Shown: one piece after another, positions 46,603 to 56,566 of the stretch
How positions within the stretch are numbered: position 1 is the first letter of the stretch
Layout of the letters: each line of letters opens with the position of its first letter
Assembly (NCBI GenBank): GCA_963827155.1
Contig: CAWGZV010000003.1
Span: 226,436 to 290,435, forward strand
Length of the DNA stretch: 64,000 nucleotides
Source of the DNA: an uncultured Chloroflexia bacterium
GTDB lineage: Bacteria > Chloroflexota > Anaerolineae > Anaerolineales > UBA4823
Reading direction: 5' to 3'
Position numbers and translations under genes: made by a program
The notes under the pieces: generated by a model
The model's input: only the letters and a program-made list of their open reading frames with translations
What the model was told of the DNA's origin: nothing
The model's database searches: none

Positions 46603-49050
46603 TTATTCGCCAGTAGGCACCCAGATATTCTTTACCTGGGTGGCATGATGCAGGAATTCATGGCCTTCACCTTCGCCCTGGCTGGTCCAATCTCTTGGGA
46701 GGCCGTAACCGACCCAGGTGCGCTTCATATTCGCAGCTGATTCAAATTCCACATGATAGCAGCCTTCGCTCAACCCGAAGTACCACACTGAGTCTACATC
46801 TTCGTGCTCAATTAAAGTCTTGGTCAGGTGGTCCCGGTCTCCGGTGACAATATTGACCACACCTGGCGGGACATCCGAAGTATCCAGCACCTGATAGAAG
46901 TCGGTTGCGGAGAGTGGGTGCGCCTGGCTTGGGATCATGATCACGGTATTCCCACGGGCGATGGCGGGCGCCATGAGCGAGACAAACGAAAGCAGCGGGA
47001 ATTCATCCGGGCAGGAAATTCCGATCACACCAATTGGCTCATTGATCCCCAGCGTTACACCGCGCAAAGTAGTCTCCTGCACCGTGCCGCCGTATTTGTC
47101 CGCCCAGGCAGCATAGCTGAACAGCCGCTCGATCGCGATTTCGACTTCATTTTCAGAGGAATTTATCGAACGTGCGGTCATCGCCTTGATTGTCCTGGCG
47201 AATTCGTTTTTACGCGCAGAGAGGTTTTCTGCGATGAAGTAAATGATTTGAGAACGGTTGTAGCCATGGCGCATCGCCCAACCTGGGTGGGCGGTATGCG
47301 CGGCGTGAGCTGCTTCGACCGCATCCCGGATATCTTTGCGGTTCCCATCTCCCACCTGTCCGATAATTTCGCCGTGCGGGTTGAGGACTGCGCAGGTGTA
47401 GTTCCCATCTGGACGAACTTGTTTTCCGCCAATGTACATCTTGGGTGTTCGGTCAATGTGCGGGATTTCTTTCCCATTTGCTCGAACGGTCCCGGGAAGG
47501 CTTGGTCGGGTGGGGGTATGCTCGCCAAATTTAGACTTGGAAGTGCGGTCTGCTGGCGGCGTAAAGCTGGGGTGAGGGCGATTTTGCCAGGCAGGACGCA
47601 GGTATTCGAACAAGCCCTCCCGGCCGCCCTCCCGGCCGAATCCGCTCTCACGGTAGCCGCCAAATCCGGAGGCCGCGTCAAAAAGGTTTGTGCAGTTCAC
47701 CCACACCGAACCGGCTTTGACTTTGCTGGCAACGTCCAAGGCAAGGTTGATGTTCTCGCTCCAGATGCTCGCTGCAAGGCCATAGCGGGTATTGTTTGCA
47801 AGCTCGATGGCTTCAGCCGGACTTCGAAATGTGAGGGAGACGAGCACCGGTCCGAAAATCTCTTCCTGTACAACTTCTGCTGCTGGATCCAGATTGGTGA
47901 TCAGTGTAGGTGGGTAGAAGAGCCCGCGATCTGGCAGGAGGATATCCGGCTGAAAGAGGCTGCCTCCTTCTCTGACACCCGTTTTCACCCAGTTGTCGAT
48001 CGTATCCCATTGGGTTTTGTCAACGATCGCCCCCATATCGATACATTTGTCAAGCGGGTCTCCGACTCGCATGTTTCCCATGCGGGTCTTCAGCTTTTGG
48101 ATGAACGTCTCGGCAATGTTTTCCTGCACCAGCAATCGCGACCCTGCACAGCAAACCTGACCCTGGTTGAACCAGATCGCATCAACGACCCCTTCGACAG
48201 CCCCATCCTGATCGGCGTCATCAAAAACGATAAATGGAGATTTTCCACCAAGCTCGAGTGAAAGCTTCTTCCCCGATCCTGCAGTTTGACGGCGCAGGAT
48301 TCGGCCAACATCTGTTGAGCCGGTGAACGCGATTTTGTCGATATCCGGGTGGGTGACGATCATCGTCCCAGCTTTGCTGCTGCCGGTGATCACATTGATC
48401 ACACCTGGAGGCAATCCGGCTTCTGCGACAATCTCGGCAAACAGGAGGGCGCTGAGGCGGGTATAAGAAGCTGGTTTGAGCACGACCGTATTGCCCATCG
48501 CGATCGCCGGCGCGATCTTCCAGGCGAGCATCAGCAGGGGAAAATTCCAGGGGATGATTTGCCCGATCACCCCGACGGATTGGTAATCGCTGAGCTCGGT
48601 TTGCATCAACTGAGCCCATCCGGCGTGGTAGAAAAAATGCCGGGCGAGCAGAGGAACATCGATATCGCGCGCTTCACGGAGCGGCTTTCCGTTATCCATT
48701 GCTTCAAGAACTGCCAACAGGCGGCTGTGCTTCTGGATATTCCGGGCAATGGCATAAAGATAGCGGGCGCGCACATGGCCTGGGGTTGTGCTCCAGGTTT
48801 GAAAGGCTTCACGTGCAGCCTGGACCGCCAGGTTCACTTCAGCTTCACCTGCCTGAGCTGTCTCAGCCAGGACTTCACCGGAGGCGGGATTGTAGCTCGG
48901 GTAGAAATCGGGATTGGCAGGCATGACCCACCGGTTGTTGATGAACAGTCCGAATTTTCGCCCATGATCCTCCAGCCAGGCGAAGGCGGCGGCAGGGGAT
49001 TCGGGTGCAGGACCGTAATCCATGGATTTAAAAATCTCTAACACGCTCAT
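46603..49050 (-). CDS. Extended two-domain aldehyde dehydrogenase (ALDH16-like)
   Basis: IPWNFP, FTGST, LELGGK, GQVCCAG, EEIFGP, followed by a second partial ALDH domain. Confidence 0.9.
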   Translation of the reverse strand: MSVLEIFKSMDYGPAPESPAAAFAWLEDHGRKFGLFINNRWVMPANPDFYPSYNPASGEVLAETAQAGEAEVNLAVQAAREAFQTWSTTPGHVRARYLYAIARNIQKHSRLLAVLEAMDNGKPLREARDIDVPLLARHFFYHAGWAQLMQTELSDYQSVGVIGQIIPWNFPLLMLAWKIAPAIAMGNTVVLKPASYTRLSALLFAEIVAEAGLPPGVINVITGSSKAGTMIVTHPDIDKIAFTGSTDVGRILRRQTAGSGKKLSLELGGKSPFIVFDDADQDGAVEGVVDAIWFNQGQVCCAGSRLLVQENIAETFIQKLKTRMGNMRVGDPLDKCIDMGAIVDKTQWDTIDNWVKTGVREGGSLFQPDILLPDRGLFYPPTLITNLDPAAEVVQEEIFGPVLVSLTFRSPAEAIELANNTRYGLAASIWSENINLALDVASKVKAGSVWVNCTNLFDAASGFGGYRESGFGREGGREGLFEYLRPAWQNRPHPSFTPPADRTSKSKFGEHTPTRPSLPGTVRANGKEIPHIDRTPKMYIGGKQVRPDGNYTCAVLNPHGEIIGQVGDGNRKDIRDAVEAAHAAHTAHPGWAMRHGYNRSQIIYFIAENLSARKNEFARTIKAMTARSINSSENEVEIAIERLFSYAAWADKYGGTVQETTLRGVTLGINEPIGVIGISCPDEFPLLSFVSLMAPAIARGNTVIMIPSQAHPLSATDFYQVLDTSDVPPGVVNIVTGDRDHLTKTLIEHEDVDSVWYFGLSEGCYHVEFESAANMKRTWVGYGLPRDWTSQGEGEGHEFLHHATQVKNIWVPTGE

Positions 49051-49077
49051 GGTTTACTCCGTTCGCTCAAAAGATGG

Positions 49078-49127
49078 CCATTCGCAGAATGTCCATTCGC
49101 AGAATGTCCATTCGCAGAATGTCCATT
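49078..49127. repeat. 15-bp perfect tandem repeat (CCATTCGCAGAATGT) x3.3
   Basis: Read directly. Each unit contains the inverted repeat CATTC-GCA-GAATG. Confidence 0.97.
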
Positions 49128-50088
49128 ATCCAATTGGCATGTGGTGGCGGGCAGCGTAATGACCGGTGAGGAAATGAGAAAGCTGGCGCTCCAGGTCAGT
49201 GAGCAGGCTGCTCGCGCCGAAGCGGAATAGATTGGGCATCAGCCAATCTTCCCCCAGCTCTTCCTTCATGAGCGACTGCCACTGCAGCGCCTGCTTCGCC
49301 TTACTGATCCCGCCGGCGGGTTTGAAGCCGACCTTATAACCGGTGCGCTCCCTGAAATCCCGGATGGCGCGGGCCATTACGAGGCTGACCTCCAACGTAG
49401 CGTTCGTGCTTTCTTTTCCGGTGGATGTCTTAATAAAATCCGATCCTGCCATCATCGCGACGAGGCTTGCCTGGTAAATCTGCTTGAGTGTCGCGAGCTC
49501 GCCGGTTGCCAGGATTGTCTTCATATGGACAGAGTCGCCGCATGTTTTTCGAAATTGGCTCAGCTCTTCATATAAAGCATCCCAATGCCCGGTCAAGACG
49601 TAACCGCGGTGAATGACGACATCGATCTCGGCTGCACCTGCTTCGATCGCCTGTTCGATTTCACCGATCCGTTGAGGCAGTGGGGTCTGCCCGGCAGGGA
49701 AACCTGTAGCAACAGAAGCGACCGGGATTTTCGTGCCCTTTAATGCCTCAACAGCATCTCGAACCCGGGAGGGGTAAACGCAAACGGCCGCAACAGTGAG
49801 CTCCTGACTAGCAAAGCCGAATGCTGTTCGCATATCCGGACGAATTGGCTGGCGTGCTTTTGCGCATAAACGCCCGATCCTTCCAGGGGTATCATCACCA
49901 GAGAGGGTGGTCAGATCGATACAGGAAATCGCCCGAAGCATCCAGGCAGCCTGCCAATCCTTCTTAATTGACCGCCGTCCTGAAAGCGTTGAGGTGCGGC
50001 GCTCCACCGCGCTGCGGTTCACACGAGCCTGAGCAATCCATCCCTTATCCAGGGGGATTCCCAGATTGCGTGAATGTTGTAATGCCAT
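49126..50088 (-). CDS. deoC: Deoxyribose-phosphate aldolase (long form)
   Basis: IDLTTL, AVCVYP, GFPAG, EIDVVI, FIKTSTGK, GFKPAGGI, RFGASSLL. Confidence 0.95.
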   Translation of the reverse strand: MALQHSRNLGIPLDKGWIAQARVNRSAVERRTSTLSGRRSIKKDWQAAWMLRAISCIDLTTLSGDDTPGRIGRLCAKARQPIRPDMRTAFGFASQELTVAAVCVYPSRVRDAVEALKGTKIPVASVATGFPAGQTPLPQRIGEIEQAIEAGAAEIDVVIHRGYVLTGHWDALYEELSQFRKTCGDSVHMKTILATGELATLKQIYQASLVAMMAGSDFIKTSTGKESTNATLEVSLVMARAIRDFRERTGYKVGFKPAGGISKAKQALQWQSLMKEELGEDWLMPNLFRFGASSLLTDLERQLSHFLTGHYAARHHMPIG

Positions 50089-50281
50089 AGCTAAATCCTT
50101 TTTATCGATGGTTCAATAATGATTGTTGTAGATCAGAATGAGGGACTGTGCAGCGCCTTCGAAAAATACGCTTATTCTCGTTCTGATTCACCCGTCAATA
50201 TGCTGACAAAGAAAGGGCAATAATAAATTGTACCAGGGTTTCTTTCTTGAATGAAGCAGCCACAGACCGTCGGTAAGCGTC

Positions 50282-50320
50282 AAAAAAGAGAGCAGCTTGC
50301 GAAGAGGCTGCTCTCTTTTT
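50282..50320. terminator. Bidirectional intrinsic terminator
   Basis: AAAAAAGAGAGCAGC...GCTGCTCTCTTTTT. Confidence 0.88.
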
Positions 50321-50349
50321 AGTTAATCGTATCAATCTCACCGGATATT

Positions 50350-51048
50350 TTAGGGTATTTGAAGAACCTGACCGGCAGTAATTGATCCATCTTCATCCAG
50401 CCCATTGACAAATATTATCGCGTTTGGATCAACATCACCGTATGCGCAGGCGATGGTATAAATCGTATCGTCGGAGCGTACAGTATAGGTGGCTGGATGC
50501 GGTCGAAGCGCCCGGCTGCCAGGGAAGCCACCCGTGTTCTGGGGGATGGTCAGAACCATGCCGTTGTAATAAACAGAGTAGGAAGTGAGTCCGTTGGTAT
50601 TCAAAAGCGCACCGGGATTGACATTGAACCGGCGTGCGATGCAATACGGAAATTCACCGGTATGCAGCGAATAGGATGAGGGAATCCCTGGAGTAGGGTT
50701 GAAGGTTAGGTTTGGAAGCGGCGTAGCAGCTATTGGAGGTTGGACCGCACCCTGATCAGTCGAGGAGGGTGCTTCTGCGGTTGTGGCTGCGCCGGGAGCT
50801 GCCGGATTGGATGTTTCTAAGGAAGACGGCACTGGTGTAGTAAGCCCTTGAGTTGCCACTGCGGTCTGTGTGGCAAATAGATAAATTTGTTCGAGAACGT
50901 CTGTTGGGCCTCCGATTGGCTCAGAGACGTCCCCTTCAGCGGTCGACTCCGGTCCGGCAGTGCTTCCAGGGATTGACCGCTTACACCCAACCAGGCTGGT
51001 GATGATCAGTGCTGCAAGCAGAATTGCAATCAAGCGAAGGATTTTCAT
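50350..51048 (-). CDS. Lipoprotein with two LysM domains
   Basis: Lipobox LVGC and Pro/Thr linker. YSLHTGEFPYCIARRFNV and YTVRSDDTIYTIA...GQVLQIP. Confidence 0.85.
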   Translation of the reverse strand: MKILRLIAILLAALIITSLVGCKRSIPGSTAGPESTAEGDVSEPIGGPTDVLEQIYLFATQTAVATQGLTTPVPSSLETSNPAAPGAATTAEAPSSTDQGAVQPPIAATPLPNLTFNPTPGIPSSYSLHTGEFPYCIARRFNVNPGALLNTNGLTSYSVYYNGMVLTIPQNTGGFPGSRALRPHPATYTVRSDDTIYTIACAYGDVDPNAIIFVNGLDEDGSITAGQVLQIP

Positions 51049-51367
51049 TATTTTGCTCCTTGTTTCGATCATTCCCGCCAAGTTCTTCCGGGCTTTGTGT
51101 CTCGCTTCATGCAGGTAATTCAAGGTTCGCAAATCTCATTGCATTGATACTAGCATAAACCAGGTATTGCGTCAAGTTATTGAATGTCCCATGCCACCAG
51201 ATCAGGCGATAATCGGTATTGGCGTCGCCGGTCGAAATTCTGTGATGGATTGTCATTCAGATGCAGCCATTGTTATTTAAACCTACGCTTAATACATTCA
51301 GGCTGTATGTGTCAAATCAGGAAGATGCAATTCTCATACCATGCTGTGAGAGTTTGATCCTGTAGAT

Positions 51368-52552
51368 TTATACGAGATTTGCCAATGCTCCTTGGATTCT
51401 TCTCAAGCCTTCCTCGAGCAATTGACGAGGGCATCCGAAATTTAGACGTACAAATCCCTGCCCGCCATTTCCGAAGATACTCCCGTCATTAAATGCTACA
51501 CGAGATTTCTTAAGGAAGAATTCGCTATAGCTGCCCACGATACCGCTTTGGCGGCAGTCCAGCCAGGCGAGATAGGTTCCTTGGGGGGCCCAGACCTTGA
51601 TTTGAGGAATTTCCTTTTGGATATAATCGACCAAGAAATCGCGATTCTGCTCCAGATAGGTCAGGAGCTGTTCGAGCCATTCTCCTCCTTCCTGGTAGGC
51701 GGCCAGGGCCGCTTGAAGGCCCATCAGGTTGACCCACGGAACCAGCCCTTTCCTGGCTTTAATAAAACGCTCGCGCAGCTCACGGTTTTGGATGATAGCA
51801 AATGAGCACTGCAACCCAGCTAAATTATAGGTCTTGCTGGGCGCCATCAATGTGACGGCGTGCATGGAAATCTCAGGATCCAAGGCAGCGATTGGGGTAT
51901 GCGAGTTCCCATTATAGATCAAATCACAATGAATTTCATCAGAGCAAATCAAAACCCCTTTGCGGAGACAGATTTCGGCGGTTCGTTCCAGCTCCTGGGC
52001 GCTGAAGACTTTACCTACCGGATTATGTGGGTTGCATAAGATGAAGAGTTTGGTATGAAGATCCATGCCCTTTTCGAAGAGATCCCAATCGACGCCGTAG
52101 GATCCATCCGAAAAATGGGTGAGCTCCATTTCCTGGCTCAGGCAGCCAGTCTCGCTGGGGGCGTGCAAGATTGGGTGGTAAACAGGGGTTTGGAAGAATA
52201 CGCCACCGTTTGGAGACGCGAAGGCATGGCAGGCAAGGTTGAAACCAGTCACAACTCCGGGCAGAAACAGGATGTCCTCTGGTTGAATGACCCATTTGTA
52301 GCGATCTCGTATGCGCTCAACCAGGGTAAGGGTTAGTTCTGACATTAGGTCAGTATGTTGGGTCGTGATCTCGGGATAACCGAACACGCCGTGGTCGACG
52401 CGGCAGTGAAGCGCCTGGATTACCGGTTCTGGCGACCGAAAATCCATATCGGCTACCCACATCGGAAGCACCTCTTCCGAGTAGGCGTGCCATTTCAAGC
52501 AGTCGCTGTCCTGGCGGTCTATGATTTCATCGAAGTTGTATTGAATAGACAT
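51368..52552 (-). CDS. MalY/PatB-family cystathionine beta-lyase / C-S lyase
   Basis: PMWVADMDF, LCNPHNPVG, SDEIHCD, APSKTYN, RLNFGCP. Confidence 0.92.
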   Translation of the reverse strand: MSIQYNFDEIIDRQDSDCLKWHAYSEEVLPMWVADMDFRSPEPVIQALHCRVDHGVFGYPEITTQHTDLMSELTLTLVERIRDRYKWVIQPEDILFLPGVVTGFNLACHAFASPNGGVFFQTPVYHPILHAPSETGCLSQEMELTHFSDGSYGVDWDLFEKGMDLHTKLFILCNPHNPVGKVFSAQELERTAEICLRKGVLICSDEIHCDLIYNGNSHTPIAALDPEISMHAVTLMAPSKTYNLAGLQCSFAIIQNRELRERFIKARKGLVPWVNLMGLQAALAAYQEGGEWLEQLLTYLEQNRDFLVDYIQKEIPQIKVWAPQGTYLAWLDCRQSGIVGSYSEFFLKKSRVAFNDGSIFGNGGQGFVRLNFGCPRQLLEEGLRRIQGALANLV

Positions 52553-52693
52553 ACGGCTCCTGTCGATAAATGATTTATTCGGATTCGCTAAGAATTTCTA
52601 AGCTGACAGCATTATAGAGTTAAAAATCAGACAATGTGCAAGATTCATCTCCGGGAAGCGTACATTCCATTTATCCATTAACCCACTTTCCTA

Positions 52694-53644
52694 ATGGCGT
52701 CGCCTTCAGAAGAAGCCCAAAACACAACTGCTCAAGTCAAGATCCGCCGCGAGAGGGTGACCGCAGATGCGAGTTTTCTGCTCGTAGCGCTGATCTGGGG
52801 AGGCGCATTTGTAGCCCAGAGGATAGCCGCCCAGGAGGTAGGTGTCTTTATTTTCAATGGGCTGCGTTTCTTGATCGGTGCGGCTGTGGTATTTCCTCTA
52901 ATAAAATTTTCCCCAAAGCGAGACAAGCAGCCAGCGGACGCGCCGCAGCTTAAGCTCCATACCACTGCAGGTCTGATTCTTGCCGGTTGCTTGCTTGTCC
53001 TAGGCTCCGGCTTTCAACAGGCAGGGCTTAAATATACAAATGCAGGGAATGCCGGTTTTATCACGGGATTATACGTTGTTCTCATCCCCCTGTTCCTGGC
53101 GGTCTTCTGGAGGCGCAAACCCAGACCAGTGATCTGGCTGGCAGCTCTTATGGCTGCGATGGGCTTGTTCTTGCTGAGCACAAATGGATCGATGCAATTT
53201 CACCAAGGAGATGGGTTGGTGCTGATCAGTGCAGTTTTTTGGGCGCTGCATGTTATCCTCATCGAATGGATGGTCCAGCGTATGGATATCCTCAGCTTTG
53301 CGGCAGGACAATACCTGATCTGTGGGATTATCTCACTCAGTTTGGGGCTGCTCATCGAAAACCATTCTATGAAATCACTGTTAGATTACGGCTGGGTCAT
53401 CCTTTATACAGGTGTTTTTTCTGTCGGGCTGGGGTATACCCTGCAGGCATTTGGTCAGCGCCGTGCGCCTCCAGCAGACGCAGCGATCATCTTAAGCATG
53501 GAGGCAGTGTTTGCGGCGCTGGCTGGCTGGTTTATTCTGCAAGAAACACTTTCTCCAATACAAATGGTAGGCTGCGGGATCATGCTGGCGGGGATGCTGA
53601 TTGCTCAATCAGAGGCGGTCTTAACAAGGCGCAGGGGTAATTAA
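52694..53644 (+). CDS. DMT/EamA-family transporter
   Basis: 10-TM duplicated EamA pattern: IWGGAF, AGFITGLYVV, SMEAVFA. Confidence 0.9.
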   Translation: MASPSEEAQNTTAQVKIRRERVTADASFLLVALIWGGAFVAQRIAAQEVGVFIFNGLRFLIGAAVVFPLIKFSPKRDKQPADAPQLKLHTTAGLILAGCLLVLGSGFQQAGLKYTNAGNAGFITGLYVVLIPLFLAVFWRRKPRPVIWLAALMAAMGLFLLSTNGSMQFHQGDGLVLISAVFWALHVILIEWMVQRMDILSFAAGQYLICGIISLSLGLLIENHSMKSLLDYGWVILYTGVFSVGLGYTLQAFGQRRAPPADAAIILSMEAVFAALAGWFILQETLSPIQMVGCGIMLAGMLIAQSEAVLTRRRGN

Positions 53645-55215
53645 TGTATGTACTTTGGGATTTCATCAGATTTCAGAAGCTGGTCTTGATTTTGGCGGTG
53701 GTAATGGTGTCGTCGTGCAATTATCCGGGGTTCTCGATGACTTCCTCAAACCAGTCAGTTGATGAAATCCGGCAGACCTTAGACGCGATCTCGATATCGG
53801 ATGCTCCGACAGATTCCCCGCCCGAAAGTAATCCACTTGCGACAGTCCCACTGCAAGCAACCCCAAGTCATGCTGAGTATACTGCTCCCATGCCCGGAGG
53901 CGCGCCGCTTGCCGGTCTCGAGAGGATTCAATATATCTCTCAACCAGGGGATACGCTTCCAGCGCTGGCGCGGCGCTTCGATATACCGCCGAATGCGATT
54001 CAGTCTTCAACCGTCTTGCCTTCAGAAAGTCTCATCCCTCGAGATCTGGAGCTGTGGATCCCAAACCGGGTGGGAAGTCCCCCATTTCCTGAAGCCCTGA
54101 TACCTGACGTGGAGGTGATCAACTCAATTTCGGCTGAAAACTTTGATGTGACTGCAGAAATCAACAAACATGCAGGTCGTCTCAGTACTTTTGTGGATAT
54201 ATCGCAGCGCGAGAAGCTTCTGGCTGCACAGATCATCCAGCGGGTTGCGATCGAATCTTCAATCAACCCGAGGCTCTTACTGGCGTTGATCGAACAGCAG
54301 TCGGGGTGGGTGACGGGGAAGATCAACGAGCGCGGGGATGAAAAATATCCTCTGGGATTTCATGTCAGCGGCTCGGAAGGACTGTATCGAGAGCTTTTGA
54401 TCGCCGCGACGCATCTGAATGCCGGTTATTACGGCTGGCGCGATGGCTCGAAAGTCCAGATCCAGTTTCTGGATGGGACCACGGCGCGTCTGGATCCGCG
54501 CTTGAATGCTGGCACCGCCGCTCTACAGAATATGTATACCAAACTCTATCGGAAAGACCAATGGTATGCAGCGCTTTATGGTCCGGGAGGATTTCTGGAT
54601 GTCTACCACCAGCTATTTGGAGATCCGTGGAAATTGGCAGCCCAGGCTGGCGAGATATATCCAACGGATTCGTTTCAGCCTGCGCTCGAGCTTCCTTTTA
54701 CTCTAGGAGAGCGCTGGAGTCTGACCGGAGGTCCCCATCCATCCTGGAAGACTGGCAGCCCGCGCGGAGCGTTGGATTTTGCACCGGTCACCGGTGAGCC
54801 AAGCTGCTCAGTTTCGTATACATGGATTTTGGCGCCTGCTTCTGGTGTTGTGGCGCGCTCTGAAAGAAACGTGGTTGCCCTCGACCTCGACGGAGATGGG
54901 AAGGAGCAGACCGGCTGGGTGATCGTATTTATGCATGTGGCAGACCGCGATCGGGTTCCGGCAGGCATGCAGGTGAATCTTGACACAAAACTTGGGCATC
55001 CTTCCTGTGAAGGCGGAACGAGCACCGGATCGCATGTGCATGTTGCCCGAAAATTCAATGGAGAATGGATTGCGATTTAGGGACCGTTGCCATTTGATTT
55101 AAGCGGATGGCAGGCGTTCGCCAGTGAAAAGAATTATCAGGGGGGGATGGAGAAAGATGGTCAGCAAGTCGTCGCTAGCCCAGTTGGGCCTCGCACCTCG
55201 ATTGTTGTTCGTTGA
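53644..55215 (+). CDS. LysM + M23-like peptidase lipoprotein with in-frame TAG at 55078
   Basis: LysM QPGDTLPALARRF; M23-like H-x-ALD, FMH and GSHVH. The frame continues GPLPFDLSGW... to TGA 55215. Confidence 0.75.
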
Positions 55216-55234
55216 GCCAAAAAAAGATTTTTTA

Positions 55235-56452
55235 CTACGGAGAACTCGAGCTGAGCTCCTGCAAAATTGCCCAGGTGTAACGAGCTGCATTCTCGAGAGC
55301 TTCTGGGCTAATATGCTCGAGGGTATCTGACATCTGGTGCCAGTGGGCGCTTGGGGAGTTGGCGCCTGGAGTGGAAGCGCTATAAGACCCATTCGCGGGC
55401 ACGGCGCAGAGGGTCAGCGCTGCTAATCCGCGCTGGGTAGCGACGAGTGCATCGGTGTAAGCCAGACCGGCTCCTGAAAAGACTTCCAGCTCTGGGAGGC
55501 AACCGCGACCTGCCGGGCGATGTCCAAGGCGCGCATGTGGGTTTTGTGCTTGATCATCAGTCCATCTGAGGTCAGAAATTTCAGCCTGCCAGAGCCTACC
55601 TGGTCAAGGATAATATAAAATGTCTTGTCCCCCAAATCCGCTTCATGCGCATCCAGATATGCCCGCATCCCATAAGCCCACACTTCCTCACAGCCGGTAA
55701 AGGCAAAATGCACTTCGAGATTCGGCAATGGAGATTTATTCAGCATCCTCGCCACCGCCAGCAAGACCGCGGTCCCAGAAGCATTATCATTTGCGCCAGG
55801 CGAGTAAGGTGTGAAATCTGCGTGCAGGCACATTGCCAAAGCAAAAACCTGGATCGGAACCAAAAGGATACCAAGCCATCGGACCGTTCCCCAATTCAGC
55901 GCCAATCCCAAGGTATAGCCTAGCGCCCCTAGTCCCATGCTGAACAAAGTCAGTCCGATCAGCAGACTGAAGGCTTTCTGCCATTTATCTGAGGAATAAA
56001 AAATTGGGGTCCGGTGTGAATCGAGATGGGCACACAGCACTACCCGCCCTTGGGGCTCCCCTGAAGCTGGGATAAGTCCGCTGACGTTTTGACTTCCCGA
56101 TCGCGGCAGGAGGCGTTGCAGCCAGCTCGACTTAAGATTGGTTTCGACCAGCATGCCTCCAAATCCCAGCGCGTTAAAGCAGCGCGGCGAGAAAGGTTGC
56201 GCCTACCCCGGGGAATAACAGGCTGGATATGGAGCCGGTCAGCGCTAATCCGAAAGCCAATCCAAAAGGCCAGTAGGTCGAAGGGACTGCCAAGAACTTT
56301 TCCATTTGCACGTCGAGGACCCCCAACAACCGCATCCGTTCGGCAATCCACTCCCCAGCTTTGCGTTCTTCTTGCGTGCAGCTTCCTCTCCCCCCAATAT
56401 CCTGGGATAATCCCTGGATCGTATAGCGCATCATTTCGTCCAAGTCTTGCAT
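55235..56452 (-). CDS. M28-family aminopeptidase with TM inserts, frameshifts near 56170 and 55495
   Basis: CAHLDS, GANDNASG, GCEE. The alternative frame carries YTDA and HWHQMSDT and ends at TAG 55235. Confidence 0.8.
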
Positions 56453-56566
56453 GGTTATACATTACTACCGCATGCATGGAAAATCAAGGTTATTTGAGGC
56501 AGAATAATGTTTTTGTAAGGCGTAATCTGGTATAACTGGGCGAAATCGAAGAGTAGATGAGGCAAT

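Noticed and set aside
46828-48261. 477-aa plus-strand ORF and other long antisense ORFs (3819-4622, 26686-27498, 33061-33693)
   Set aside because: They are shadow frames opposite well-supported genes with biased codon usage, and show no motifs.
49078-49127. Direct repeats as a mini-CRISPR
   Set aside because: The 15-bp units are contiguous with no spacers, and there are no cas genes.
51060-51140. Cyclic dinucleotide riboswitch before the LysM gene (GACACAAAGCC resembles the GEMM core)
   Set aside because: I could not find the GNRA tetraloop/receptor stems or the ydaO motifs. An Infernal scan would settle it.
11326-55080. Two in-frame TAG codons (11326, 55078) suggesting amber recoding or pyrrolysine
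   Set aside because: TAG is used as a true stop elsewhere (rpmI, dppA, thrC). An in-frame TAA also occurs (28689), no pyl genes are visible, and the window has many other single-base errors.
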